Shown in pieces: positions 37,328 through 47,786 of a DNA stretch of 64,000 nt. This stretch comes from Alphaproteobacteria bacterium (GTDB lineage Bacteria > Pseudomonadota > Alphaproteobacteria > JANQMY01): contig OZ245840.1 in the NCBI GenBank assembly GCA_965228775.1, positions 4,739 to 68,738 of the forward strand. Direction: 5' to 3'. Positions within the stretch are counted from its first letter, which is position 1, and each line of letters opens with the position of its first letter. The notes under the pieces were generated by a model. It ran no database searches. It saw only the letters and a program-made list of their open reading frames with translations, and was not told the origin of the DNA. The position numbers and the translations under genes are program-made.

Positions 37328-38662
37328 ATGGCGCACGATAGGTCAGCATATCCGGCCAGAATGACAACGGCAGCGTATTCCGACATTTACGTGCAGCGGG
37401 CAATGGATCCGCTGCGTGCTGTTGAGATTCTCTTTTTTACCTTTGTGTTGCTCTACTCTTACGGCGCAATCATTCAGAACGTGATCCTCGGGCCTGATCA
37501 GACGATCGCACTGGAAGACAATCCGGGCCGCTCGACACTGCAAATGATTTGGGCGGTGATCTATCTGGTCCTATTGGGATTTGTATACGTGTTTCGAAAC
37601 CAGCTCTATGGCGCCTTCATGGAGCAGCGCTGGATCATCATACTGTCTCTGTATTTGGTCGCATCGACGATTTGGTCGAGTTCGCCCAACGTCACGCTCC
37701 AGGACTCGATAGTTATCGGACTAGGCACCCTGATCGGTGGCTATATCGGAGTGCGGTTTTCCACCGAACAGATTTTTCATTTGATCAAATATGTGGCGAT
37801 TATTGGTGTTTTCGGCAGCCTGATTTTGGTTGCTGTTTGGCCTGAAATCGCATTGATGACCAGCATTCATCACAACGGATTGTGGCGTGGCGCGTTTACC
37901 CACAAAAATGTGACAGGTCTGGCATCGCTCATTGCGATCATTGCCTTCTTATTTTGCTACCGGCACAACATTTATCTGCGCATATTCTTTGTGGCGGCAG
38001 CGGTCGTTCTATTGGTGGGGGCCAGAGCGTCCACCAGCTTCATTGCCTTTGGCGTCATCCTGGCGGTGTTCTTTGTGCAGCGGCCATTGTCGGTTCGTGG
38101 CATGGACGTATTCCTGGTAATCACAGGCGGACTTCTGCTGTCCTCGTTTGTGGGGCTGCTATTGCTTCTCAACTTGGAAGATTTTGTAGGCCTGTTTGGC
38201 AAGGATCTGACATTTACCGGCAGAACAGTGCTGTGGGAATACGGTTTCCAGTCCTTTCTAACAAAGCCATTCCTGGGATTTGGTTTGTCGGCATTCTGGC
38301 ATGACACGACTGAATATGGTGGGCTTGCGGTGCGCGCCCTAGCTGGATGGAACGCCCCCGGCATTCACAATGGATGGCTAGAGTTGATGTTGGCGATCGG
38401 CCTTGTCGGCACCGTGATCTTCAGCATTGTTTTCTTCGGCCTCATGCAGAAGACCTATTACATGATGCGTGAGTTCCCAGGGCAGGCATACTTCTACGTA
38501 ATGATGTTCTGCATCCTTCTATTGGTTTATAGCCTGGCTACAGGCGTGTTTTTGCTCCGGAATTCAATCATCCACGTCATGATTATCGCGTTTTCATTCT
38601 CGATCCACCGCGAGATGATGGAGCACCAGTTTGCTCAACGAAACAATATTGGGCAGCGTTAG
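37328..38662 (+). CDS. O-antigen ligase / Wzy-like polymerase family membrane protein
   Basis: About 11 TM helices. Periplasmic-loop motif …FGLSAFWHDTTEYGGLAVRALAGWNAPGIHNGWLELMLAIGLVG (G.GL..F…HN.WLE…G). Confidence 0.65.
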   Translation: MAHDRSAYPARMTTAAYSDIYVQRAMDPLRAVEILFFTFVLLYSYGAIIQNVILGPDQTIALEDNPGRSTLQMIWAVIYLVLLGFVYVFRNQLYGAFMEQRWIIILSLYLVASTIWSSSPNVTLQDSIVIGLGTLIGGYIGVRFSTEQIFHLIKYVAIIGVFGSLILVAVWPEIALMTSIHHNGLWRGAFTHKNVTGLASLIAIIAFLFCYRHNIYLRIFFVAAAVVLLVGARASTSFIAFGVILAVFFVQRPLSVRGMDVFLVITGGLLLSSFVGLLLLLNLEDFVGLFGKDLTFTGRTVLWEYGFQSFLTKPFLGFGLSAFWHDTTEYGGLAVRALAGWNAPGIHNGWLELMLAIGLVGTVIFSIVFFGLMQKTYYMMREFPGQAYFYVMMFCILLLVYSLATGVFLLRNSIIHVMIIAFSFSIHREMMEHQFAQRNNIGQR

Positions 38663-39085
38663 TCGCGCCTCTTATTGTCGAACTATGGCTGTAGAAAACA
38701 ACCCTAAAATACTGTTTTTAAAGAAATTTTTTTGATTTAGTGAGTTCTTCTGACCTAGTGCCCTGGAGACGTCACTGGTTCGCTGCCGGTTGGTCCAAAG
38801 CATTGGGGCGGATTTTCGAAAGCAGGTTCCGCAGAAAGCTTGTATTTTGGGCCTGTCACTCTAACGTTGTCTCTCGAGTCGGAACCTCGGTACTTGCCCT
38901 AAAATTGTCAATTTTGACTTGGCTACTATGTTGGTCAGTCTTGGCGGAACGTGTGGGCGAGTTTTTTTGATGGGGCGGCCATTTTCCGATTCAATGCAAG
39001 GTAGACGGTCGGTTAACCAAAGAGCGCTATAGAGCGATATAGGAATAGATTCGGAGTCAGGCAGATGAATGTGTGGGTGAGAAAG

Positions 39086-39748
39086 ATGGGTTCCAAGCGG
39101 ACGGGTATTCTTGCAGCTCTTGTGACGGCAGTTTTGTTGGCTGCCTGTGCGTCACCATCAGGAGACTCGAGTGGTGATACGGCGCAAAAGCCGGACACAG
39201 CGGGCGTCTCGGCAGCTGATGTGAATTCGGTGGACAGAATTAATAAAGCGCTTGCAGAAAACGACACAAATGCCGCTAAAGCCTTCGAAAAAAGCTACCG
39301 CCTTGGCCCGGGCGACCGGCTGCGTGTGATCGTTTTTGGCGAGGAAGACTTATCCGGTGAGTTTGAAGTGGACAGTGTGGGCGTCGTCTCGCTGCCTCTC
39401 ATCAAGCCGATAAATACGTCGAACATGACGTTGTCCGAATTGAGAGGCCAGATAGAGACTCAGCTGAAGGCTGGTTATTTGGTTGAGCCGCGGGTCAGTG
39501 TGGAAATTCTGAACTACCGGCCGTTTTACATCACAGGCGAAGTCGGCAGGCCTGGTGAGTATCCTTATGTTGCCGGGATGAATGTTCTTAAGGCGATCGC
39601 GATGGCCGGGGGCTATACGTATCGCGCCAATACGCGCCGCGTCCTGTTGACCCGGGCTGACAACAACAAGGAAGAGGAAGAGAGGCCGACGCAGGAATTA
39701 CTCATTCTGCCGGGCGACTATATTAGAGTTCCGGAGCGCTTCTTCTAG
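39086..39748 (+). CDS. Wza/ExoF/GumB-like polysaccharide export outer-membrane lipoprotein
   Basis: Lipoprotein signal with lipobox (…LVTAVLLAAC). Poly_export/SLBB-type sequence GPGDRLRVIVFGEEDLSGEFEVDSVGVVSLPLIKPINTSNMTLSELRGQIETQLKAGYLVEPRVSVEILNYRPFYITGEV. Confidence 0.8.
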   Translation: MGSKRTGILAALVTAVLLAACASPSGDSSGDTAQKPDTAGVSAADVNSVDRINKALAENDTNAAKAFEKSYRLGPGDRLRVIVFGEEDLSGEFEVDSVGVVSLPLIKPINTSNMTLSELRGQIETQLKAGYLVEPRVSVEILNYRPFYITGEVGRPGEYPYVAGMNVLKAIAMAGGYTYRANTRRVLLTRADNNKEEEERPTQELLILPGDYIRVPERFF

Positions 39749-39989
39749 ATCACGAAGATCATTTTCGCTTTATCGCGACCCGATTGTGTAAAAGATTGAG
39801 TAATATAGACCAAATATTCGTCTAAGACGCTATTTATATTACTTGGATTTAGTATATCTATGGAGATATTGTTAAGGATCCAGTTAAATAGTTAATGCTG
39901 TACGTTAACTATTCTTTTATTTTAACCTTGCGTTAACTGTATTCGTGACCTACTTTTAGAAGCAACGTTATAGGTCTCCTTTTAAAGAG

Positions 39990-40541
39990 ATGATGGTCAT
40001 GAAAAGAATAAAAGACGGCCACCGCGTATTGGTGGCGGCGCTAATTGGTGGTTTGGTGGCAACAGGTCCTGCATCTGCGCTTACGGATCAGCAAATTGCG
40101 ACGATTAACAGCGGCGTACTGGAAGCAGTATCGACGTGTGCAATCGATCCTATTTCTGCAGCAGGTCAGATCCAGGGTGTTGCATCAGGCACGCTGATTA
40201 GCAATTCAGAAGCTTCGGAAATTGCAGCTACAATCGTTGCAACGGCACAAGGGTCCACGGAAAGCCCATCTTGTTTGTTTGCTGTTGGTGAAGGTCTCAC
40301 GCGTTGGGCACTTTCATTCGGCGTAAACAATTCGACGGCCCTTCAGATCGGAACGGTTATTGGCCAAGACGGCGAAATCCCGCTGGTCAATGCTTGCGTT
40401 AACATCGCAGGTGTTCAGACCGATCTTGGCTTGGCATGCGATCCTTCGACTGGTGACATCGACGATGGATTTCAGCGCGGCGCTGCACCATTCGGTGCTT
40501 CGGGCGAAAATCCAAACCAGGACAGCGTCAGCCCGAACTGA
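39990..40541 (+). CDS. Secreted hypothetical protein (signal peptide, Ala/Gly/Ser/Thr-rich)
   Basis: N-terminal signal MMVMKRIKDGHRVLVAALIGGLVATGPASA. Preceded by a 200-bp strongly AT-rich putative promoter region. No family recognised. Confidence 0.45.
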   Translation: MMVMKRIKDGHRVLVAALIGGLVATGPASALTDQQIATINSGVLEAVSTCAIDPISAAGQIQGVASGTLISNSEASEIAATIVATAQGSTESPSCLFAVGEGLTRWALSFGVNNSTALQIGTVIGQDGEIPLVNACVNIAGVQTDLGLACDPSTGDIDDGFQRGAAPFGASGENPNQDSVSPN

Positions 40542-40885
40542 TCGGGGCGCGTGATCGTGTTTTCCTTTGAGCTGCTCTCCGGACAGTTCACAAGTCCGAA
40601 AACCTAAGAGATTTCAAAGCGGTGGCATTGATTGATGCCGCCGCTTCTTATTTTGGAAAATATGGTTAAACTAAGTATCAGCATAGGCATCTGACGGGGA
40701 CGAATGAGGAGCGACCGGTCATACGGTAGGCGCTGTTGGGAGGCGTTTGGCCGACCGGAGATCGACAACCAAGTTCCTATCAAGCGAAATCGGCCACACG
40801 GTAATTGATATTGCCCGGCATGCCGTTTGCAACGAATAAGGGTGTGAACAGTTTGGATTCTTGGCGCAAAGGCTCAACCTAAGAA

Positions 40886-41872
40886 ATGCGGTACGTAAAG
40901 CTCCCCGGCACAGAAATAAACGCCTCAAATCTTGGATTTGGATGTGCATCTTTGGGATCGCGTGTCTCAAAACAGAACGGTCTGCGGGCGCTTTCCCGTG
41001 CGTTTGATGAGGGGGTTACTTGGTATGATCTGGCGCCGATTTATGGCGGGGGCTTAGCTGAAGGTATTTTTTCCGAGTTTCTCACTGGGCGACGGTCCGA
41101 GATCCAGGTCTGCACGAAAGTTGGTGTCGGGCGGCCAAGCTACGAGCCCCTGCTTAGAATGGCTGGAGCGGTTATTAGGCCCGTCGTCAATCGTTTCGGT
41201 ATTGTCCACAATGGATTGCGCCGCGTAAGTGCCAGGCAGAACATAAATATTCCGATCACACCTGAGCTGATCGAGAAATCGATCCAGAAATCATTAAGAC
41301 GTATGCGCACGGACTATGTGGACGTGTTTGCGCTGCACGATCCGTCACCGGTGGATGTAGCGCGCGACGATGTGCTGGAGGCGTTGCAGAAGATCGTTGA
41401 TCGCGGGCAAGCAAGATACATAAGCGTGGCTGGCCGTGTGGATGCGATCGAAGCGGCTATCGAAATCGGTGGACCCTACCAGTTCCTTCAGTTCGCGGAC
41501 GGACCGAACAATTCGATTATATCGGATGTGAGGGACAAGCTGCGGGAGCCCATGGCTATAGTGACCCATAGTATTCTTGGGGTTGGTGGCGCGAAGGACA
41601 ATATTGTCCGTCAGCTGAAATCTCAGCCAGACTTGGTCCATCGACTAAAGGAAAGTGGGTACCGGGGCGCTGTCGAGCGGATTGCCGTTGATCTGTTGAT
41701 GGACAGAGCTTTCACCACAAACCCGACAGGTGTCGTTCTCGCGTCTATGTTTTCCGAACATCATCTTGAGAATAATGTTGGGCGGGCAAACGCAACTGTC
41801 CTTTCGGATACGGCAGCCTTCTTGAAGGATGTGTTTTCCATGCAGGCCAACCAGGCGTTTTCCGCGGGCTGA
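40886..41872 (+). CDS. Aldo/keto reductase family oxidoreductase
   Basis: MRYVKLPGTEINASNLGFGCASLGSRVSKQ…AFDEGVTWYDLAPIYGGGLAE. This is the AKR N-terminal signature. Confidence 0.8.
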   Translation: MRYVKLPGTEINASNLGFGCASLGSRVSKQNGLRALSRAFDEGVTWYDLAPIYGGGLAEGIFSEFLTGRRSEIQVCTKVGVGRPSYEPLLRMAGAVIRPVVNRFGIVHNGLRRVSARQNINIPITPELIEKSIQKSLRRMRTDYVDVFALHDPSPVDVARDDVLEALQKIVDRGQARYISVAGRVDAIEAAIEIGGPYQFLQFADGPNNSIISDVRDKLREPMAIVTHSILGVGGAKDNIVRQLKSQPDLVHRLKESGYRGAVERIAVDLLMDRAFTTNPTGVVLASMFSEHHLENNVGRANATVLSDTAAFLKDVFSMQANQAFSAG

Positions 41873-41933
41873 CGGGTTTCTAAGCCGTTAACGGTTTCCC
41901 ATCATAAATCGAAAGCTATTGACCTTTAGGTGA

Positions 41934-43628
41934 ATGGGTTCAGCGCCATTCACCGCCTGTGTGGGGAGAGGCAGAGTGATTTCTGACACGCTCGAAAATC
42001 TCGAGACGCTCAAACATGATGCCTGTGTAATTGGCGCCGGCCCGGCAGGCCTCTCATTCGCTCTTGAGATGGCGCAAAAGGGGAAATCCGTCCTTGTGCT
42101 TGAATCCGGCGGATTGGCAGCCAATGAGGACCAACAGTCTCTCTCACTTGCTGAACTGGTCGATCCGGCCCGTCATGATGACATGAGTATAGCCGTTGCG
42201 CGCCGTCTGGGAGGCACATCGAACTTATGGGCCGGGCGCTGCGTTCCTTTCGACCCAATTGATTTCAAAGCGCGCCGGCACATACCAGGCGTGACCTGGC
42301 CAATAGAATTGGCAGACCTTGAGCCGTACTATTCACGCGCTTGCGAGTATCTCTCTGGAGGTCAGACCAAGTTTTTGGATCGAATTGATGGACTGTCGGT
42401 CCCGGAAGATGAATTCAGCTACGAAAGGCTGGAGCGTTACTCGAATTGTCCGGCGATCCAAATAGGGCAGGGGGTGGCACTCAAGCAAAGCTCTCTGATC
42501 GATATCCGCCTAAACAGCACCTTGGTGGAAACGAACCTCGACCCTCAAGGGAATGTTCGGAGCATTGTTGCCGCAAGGCCGGATGGGGAGAGATTTGAGA
42601 TCCCCGTTAACACATTGGTGTTTGCTTGTGGAGGGTTGGAAACCACGCGGCAATTGCTTGTCCTTCAATCCAGACACGATCATCTTTTTGGCGGCGCGCA
42701 AGGGCCTCTTGGCCGATACTATATGGGCCATGTCACCGGTGAGATTGCCGACATAACGTTTACGGACGATCTGCTGGAGAAAGCCTTCGACTTTTATGTG
42801 GACGATGACGGAACCTATGTGCGCCGGCGATTTGTTCCGAGCGACGACATGCAGATCAGCCACGAACTTCCGAATATTGCGTTCTGGCCGGTCGTGCCAC
42901 CCATTGCGAACGCCGCCCATAGAAGCGGGATCCTGTCACTTTTGTTTCTTGCGTTGTCGACGCAGCCTTTTGGTAAGATGTTCATTGCAGAAGTCATTCG
43001 TAAGAGACACGTGCCAGATGGCGTATCCAAAGCGCCTCATTTGATGAATGTCCTTCGAGAGCTGCCTCAGTCGATGCTCTTTGGATTTTCATTCTTGTAC
43101 AAAAGATATTTGGCGGCATCCCGCGTGCCAGGGTTCTTTATTCCCAACCCTGGGCGCAGGTATGGGTTGTCATACCACGCCGAGCAATTGCCCCGCCGTG
43201 AAAGCGCGGTTCGTCTTTCGGAGCAGCAAGACCGGTTGGGGACGCCTTCACTTATTGTCGACCTGCAGTTCTCGGAAGAGGACGCGACCGGCGTGGTCCG
43301 TGCTCATGAACTTCTGCGAGAATGGCTCAACAAGCATCAACTTGGAGAAATCGAGTACCGGCAGCCGGAAATACAAAATGTTGAATCCATTCTTCAAATT
43401 TCCACCCATGGTACACATCAGATTGGTACTGCGCGGATGGGCGAGAATTCTCAAGAGGCCGTGGTCGACAAAAACCTTCGGACGTTTGACTGCCCTAATC
43501 TCTATTTGCTGACTTCTGCTGTTTTTCCGGGATCCGGTCAGTGTAATCCAACCTTGACCATTGCAGCACTCGCTTTGCGGTTGGCGGATCACCTGACAGG
43601 AGGAACGAATACTGAATTGGACAAGTAA
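41934..43628 (+). CDS. GMC-family FAD-dependent oxidoreductase (paralog 2)
   Basis: DACVIGAGPAGLSFALEMAQKGKSVLVLESGG. C-terminal …THGTHQIGTARMG…VVDKNLRTFDCPNLYLLTSAVFPGSGQCNPTLTIAALALRLADHL. Colinear with 30482..32014 at about 40 percent identity. Confidence 0.8.
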   Translation: MGSAPFTACVGRGRVISDTLENLETLKHDACVIGAGPAGLSFALEMAQKGKSVLVLESGGLAANEDQQSLSLAELVDPARHDDMSIAVARRLGGTSNLWAGRCVPFDPIDFKARRHIPGVTWPIELADLEPYYSRACEYLSGGQTKFLDRIDGLSVPEDEFSYERLERYSNCPAIQIGQGVALKQSSLIDIRLNSTLVETNLDPQGNVRSIVAARPDGERFEIPVNTLVFACGGLETTRQLLVLQSRHDHLFGGAQGPLGRYYMGHVTGEIADITFTDDLLEKAFDFYVDDDGTYVRRRFVPSDDMQISHELPNIAFWPVVPPIANAAHRSGILSLLFLALSTQPFGKMFIAEVIRKRHVPDGVSKAPHLMNVLRELPQSMLFGFSFLYKRYLAASRVPGFFIPNPGRRYGLSYHAEQLPRRESAVRLSEQQDRLGTPSLIVDLQFSEEDATGVVRAHELLREWLNKHQLGEIEYRQPEIQNVESILQISTHGTHQIGTARMGENSQEAVVDKNLRTFDCPNLYLLTSAVFPGSGQCNPTLTIAALALRLADHLTGGTNTELDK

Positions 43629-43911
43629 AAAGACATTTTTGCGGTGCGCAGCCTAGTAAAACGACCGCAGATCAGTATGATGCGCCCCAAATCGTCGAGT
43701 GCAGAAGCCATTTTGTGCCCGATTTGATTACTTCTTTAACCATCAGATAGGTGCGTATCTGTCATGTGGTGCAAGGCAGCACAATGGTGGTAAACAACAC
43801 AACGAATCGTTAACTTAGAAAACGTATGGTCTAGTCAGGTAGGGGTTCGTCCAAAGGCATTGGATGAACTGTCATGATTTCCCGTTCGACCTGAAATTGA
43901 GGGGATTTACG

Positions 43912-45186
43912 GTGAAGATAGTTTCGAAAATGGCAATCGCAGCGGTGGCGGTTGCACTAACAAGTACGTCGGCTTTTGCGCAAACCGAAGAGCGTTTGCG
44001 TCAAGGGGTTCAGGATCGGGATCGCCCGGCCTTCCAGGCTGTTGGAGTGCGGCTAGGTTCATTCTTGGTTTATCCGGCCGTCGATCTGTCGGTTGTTTTT
44101 GACGACAATCTGTTCGCAGACGATACGGATACAGATGATTTCTTCTTCCGCGTTAGTCCGGAATTGCTGGTGGAGTCGAATTTCCCTCGGCATGCGCTTA
44201 ATTTCCAGGCTGACCTGAACAACGATACCTATTTTGATGAGTCGAGCGAAGACCGGACCGAATATGGGCTTCGCAGCACGGGCCGTCTGGACATCACCGA
44301 AGGAATGTCATTCCGGGGTGATGTTTCCTTTGAAGATAGGAGAGAAGATCGTGGTTCGGCGGATGCTGTTGGCGAAGCTGCCGATCCGGTTGAGTTCACA
44401 CGTTTTCAAGGAACTGGTGAGCTTTCTTATCGTCCGGGCCGGGGCCGTGTTTCTGTTGGTGGTACCTATCAAGTTCTGGACTTTGACGATGTTGCGCTCA
44501 TCGGCGGCGGCGAGCAAAACAACGACGACCGGGACCGCGACGTCTACAGCGTGTTTGGCCGTGTTGGTTACGAAGTGTCACCGGGCTACGAAGTCTTCGC
44601 TTTGGGCCTTTACGGCCAGACGGACTATGACGACGCCCTTGATGATAACGGTGTGAACAGAGACTCTGATCTCTACACGATTGAAGGCGGCACGCGTTTC
44701 GAGCTGACCAATGTGGTCGCGGGTGAAGTTTCGGCCGGTTATACGGAAGAAGACTTCGACGACCCGACATTGGTCACGGTCGACGGTATTGCCGTTAATG
44801 CCGACATTGAGTGGTATGTCACCCGACTGACGACGATCTTGCTGGGGGCATCGCGCCGGGTCCAGGAAACGACTATTACCGGTGACGATGGAACGGGTAC
44901 GATTGTTCCGGCATCTGGCTTCATTAATACGGTCATCGACGTTGGCGTTGACCATGAGCTGATGCGGAATGTCATTCTGAGCGCGGGCTTCAGATACGAT
45001 AACCGCGATTATGACGGCATCGTTCGGGAAGACGATCAGTATGAAGCCGATGTGCGGGCCATTTACCTGCTGAACCGCAACCTTTCCTTGGCAGCGGAAT
45101 ATCGTTTCGAGCGCAGAGATTCGTCGGAAAGCGCCGAAGACTTCTCCCGGAACGTGGTTGGCTTGACGTTACGAGCGCAACTCTAG
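43912..45186 (+). CDS. Probable outer-membrane beta-barrel protein (EPS-associated, acidic)
   Basis: Signal peptide KIVSKMAIAAVAVALTSTSAFAQ. Long Asp/Glu-rich sequence with the alternating amphipathic patterns expected of beta-strands. The terminal …LTLRAQL is not a canonical F/W ending, so the assignment is moderate. A strong terminator follows. Confidence 0.5.
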   Translation: MKIVSKMAIAAVAVALTSTSAFAQTEERLRQGVQDRDRPAFQAVGVRLGSFLVYPAVDLSVVFDDNLFADDTDTDDFFFRVSPELLVESNFPRHALNFQADLNNDTYFDESSEDRTEYGLRSTGRLDITEGMSFRGDVSFEDRREDRGSADAVGEAADPVEFTRFQGTGELSYRPGRGRVSVGGTYQVLDFDDVALIGGGEQNNDDRDRDVYSVFGRVGYEVSPGYEVFALGLYGQTDYDDALDDNGVNRDSDLYTIEGGTRFELTNVVAGEVSAGYTEEDFDDPTLVTVDGIAVNADIEWYVTRLTTILLGASRRVQETTITGDDGTGTIVPASGFINTVIDVGVDHELMRNVILSAGFRYDNRDYDGIVREDDQYEADVRAIYLLNRNLSLAAEYRFERRDSSESAEDFSRNVVGLTLRAQL

Positions 45187-45208
45187 AGGCCGGATGATTC
45201 ATGCATTG

Positions 45209-45248
45209 GGCCAGCTGTTCGATGACGCCGAGCAGCTGGCCTTTTTTG
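45209..45248 (+). terminator. Rho-independent terminator
   Basis: GGCCAGCTG-N15-CAGCTGGCC (9-bp perfect stem) followed by TTTTTTG, 23 bp after the stop at 45186. Confidence 0.7.
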
Positions 45249-45494
45249 ATTGCGAATGCGAAGCAAGCTGCCACTTAAGCGGGATCACGGCAGGATACTG
45301 ATCCTCGGAATAAGTGATGTAGGCCACAATACAGAGAAATTTTAGGTATTTCTTAAGGTTTTTTGCGCGCGAGCACAGCAATTTCTTTATAGTTCTGGTA
45401 TAACCTCGCGTTATTACTCATTGGTCGAAGTTTGCTCGCCGCAGTTCGAGCAACTCATGAGGCGACGAGAATTTCGAGTTTGGGAACAAGCAAA

Positions 45495-47771
45495 ATGAAA
45501 ATGGGTGACATTCCGGGGCAGACACCAGCCGCACGATCTTTTGCCCTACCGACCGAAGGTGTTGATCTGACCGCCGATCTGATGCGGTTAATCCGCATTG
45601 TTCGCGAGCGGAAAGCAATTGTGATCGGTACAATGGTGGTCGTCACCATTTTGGTAGCCCTGCTGACCTGGCAATTGACCCCACGCTACAAAGCAACCAC
45701 CCAGATTCTAATTGACCCCCGCGAAAACCAAATTCTTGATCTCCAGTCAGTGTTTTCCGGCCTTTCGCCCGACACATCGACTGTGGAAAGCCAAGTTCAG
45801 GTCCTGAAGTCACGTTCTCTCTTGAAGCGGGTCGTGCAGGACTTGCAGCTTGCCGAAGATCCGGAATTCAATTCGGATGTGGCGGAAGAAGAAACCTCGA
45901 TGGTTTCGGCAGTCTTTTCATTCGTTAATCCCCTCAACTGGTTGCCGGATGGATGGCGGAACGCCGTTGATGGTGGCGAACCCGAAACGTTCCTGACCCA
46001 GGAGCAAACGGATGCCATCGTTGAGGACTCAGTTATTGGATCGCTTGTAGATGGTTTGACGGTCTCCCGGATCGGCACCTCATTCGCCATTGATATATCG
46101 TTCGAATCCGTCAGCCCTACAAAGGCCGCGCGGATTGCGAATGTGATCGCTGAGTCATACATCGTCGATCAGCTTGAAACGAAATTCGAAGCGACGCGTC
46201 GAGCAACCAATTGGCTGAATGATCGCTTGCGCTTGCTTCGCGAAGAGTTGCGCTCGTCAGAGGAAGCCGTGGAAGCCTTTAAGGCGCAACACAGCCTGAT
46301 CGGTACGCAAGACGGCAATACGCTGAACACTGAGCAGCTTCAGGAGTTCAACCGGGCGCTGGTAGAGGCACGGACTGCCCGGGCCGAGGCGGAGGTCAGA
46401 CTCCAACAAATCGAGGAGATCTACCAATCTGGTGGCGGTGTGACACGCGCGTCCAAAGTGATCAACTCGGCCCTTATCAATCAGCTTCGCGAACAAGAAG
46501 CAGAGCTGTTTCAGCGCGAAAGTAACCTGGCCACTCGTTATCAGGCACGGCACCCGCAGATGGTGCAGATCCGGAACGAACTTCGGCAGATACGCAGTAA
46601 AATCAACCAAGAGGTTGAGCGCTATATTCAAGAACTCAAGAATGACGTTGCTGTGGCGCGCGCTCGCGAAAAGTCGCTTGAAGGAAGTGTTGCCAAGCAG
46701 CAAGTTCGCAATGCAGAACAGAACCGGTTGGAAATTCAGCTTCGGGAGCTGGAGCTTGAAGCGGACGGTAACCGTCAAATCTACGAGGTTTTCCTCAGCC
46801 GGTTTAAGGCGACCACCGACCAAGATTCTATTCAGGAATCCGATGCGCGTATTATTTCCATCGCGACAGTCCCAGGCGGACCAAGTTTCCCGAACAAAAG
46901 GCTCTTTGTTGCCGGTGGCTTCATGGCGTCAGCGTTGCTGGGCATCATGCTGGCCCTTATTGCTGAGCGGCTGGACAATGGCTTCCGTTCGGTAGAGCAG
47001 CTGGAATCAACAACAGGTGTTCGGAACTTGAGCGTTATTCCGTCCGTCAAGCGGGGTAACAAGGAACTTGAGCCTCACGAATATATCCTCGACAAGCCAC
47101 TTTCGGCGTATAGCGAGGCCATACGAAGTATTCAGAACAGTGTATTGCTGTCCAATTCGGACAAGCCTATACGCTGTATGCTGACAACATCAGCATTGCC
47201 TAGCGAAGGTAAGTCGACCTTGTCGATTTCACTGGCGCGCCTCTTTGCACGGTCCGGTACCAAGACCATCCTTGTGGATGCCGACTTGCGGCGCCCCCGT
47301 GTTCGTGAGTTCGTCGATGAACCAGCCCACGAACGTGGCCTGCTCGAGGTGCTGAATGGTGCTTGTTCCATTGATCAAGCCGTGCTTCGCGATGAGCGAA
47401 CGGGGCTTCATATACTGACCACCAAAGAGGGTGGGGCGGATACGCCTGATCTCCTCAATTCAAATGCCATGCGGGATCTGTTGGCGGAACTGCGTGACAC
47501 ATACGAAATGGTCATTGTTGACGCGCCGCCCGTTCTGCCTGTCGGCGACACCAAGCTGCTGTCCCGCCACGTAGATACGGTTGTGTTTGTCATTCGTTGG
47601 GAACGCACCCCCAGAGTCGCTTCTATCAAGGCTATGGAGGCTCTTGATGAGGCGAATATCTCAGTTCTCGGTACTTGTTTGTCGCAGGTCGATTTCGAAC
47701 GCTATTCCCGGTATGGCCAAACGGATGCTGGCCACTATTACGGCCGTTACAGCAATTATTACTTGGACTAA
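45495..47771 (+). CDS. Polysaccharide co-polymerase / BY-kinase (Wzc/ExoP/GumC family)
   Basis: N-terminal Wzz-like domain with a TM helix, a long coiled-coil, and a second TM helix. C-terminal kinase domain with Walker A (SALPSEGKSTLSISLA) and Walker B (VIVDAPPVLPVGD). The terminus has a Tyr-rich tail …AGHYYGRYSNYYLD. Confidence 0.85.
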   Translation: MKMGDIPGQTPAARSFALPTEGVDLTADLMRLIRIVRERKAIVIGTMVVVTILVALLTWQLTPRYKATTQILIDPRENQILDLQSVFSGLSPDTSTVESQVQVLKSRSLLKRVVQDLQLAEDPEFNSDVAEEETSMVSAVFSFVNPLNWLPDGWRNAVDGGEPETFLTQEQTDAIVEDSVIGSLVDGLTVSRIGTSFAIDISFESVSPTKAARIANVIAESYIVDQLETKFEATRRATNWLNDRLRLLREELRSSEEAVEAFKAQHSLIGTQDGNTLNTEQLQEFNRALVEARTARAEAEVRLQQIEEIYQSGGGVTRASKVINSALINQLREQEAELFQRESNLATRYQARHPQMVQIRNELRQIRSKINQEVERYIQELKNDVAVARAREKSLEGSVAKQQVRNAEQNRLEIQLRELELEADGNRQIYEVFLSRFKATTDQDSIQESDARIISIATVPGGPSFPNKRLFVAGGFMASALLGIMLALIAERLDNGFRSVEQLESTTGVRNLSVIPSVKRGNKELEPHEYILDKPLSAYSEAIRSIQNSVLLSNSDKPIRCMLTTSALPSEGKSTLSISLARLFARSGTKTILVDADLRRPRVREFVDEPAHERGLLEVLNGACSIDQAVLRDERTGLHILTTKEGGADTPDLLNSNAMRDLLAELRDTYEMVIVDAPPVLPVGDTKLLSRHVDTVVFVIRWERTPRVASIKAMEALDEANISVLGTCLSQVDFERYSRYGQTDAGHYYGRYSNYYLD

Positions 47772-47786
47772 GGCCTTTCTTGCGGG

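Noticed and set aside
38740-38970. 76-aa ORF in the wzy-like to wza-like intergenic region
   Set aside because: It has no RBS or motif support and a Trp/Arg-rich composition typical of a spurious frame. It may simply be promoter DNA for the wza-like gene.
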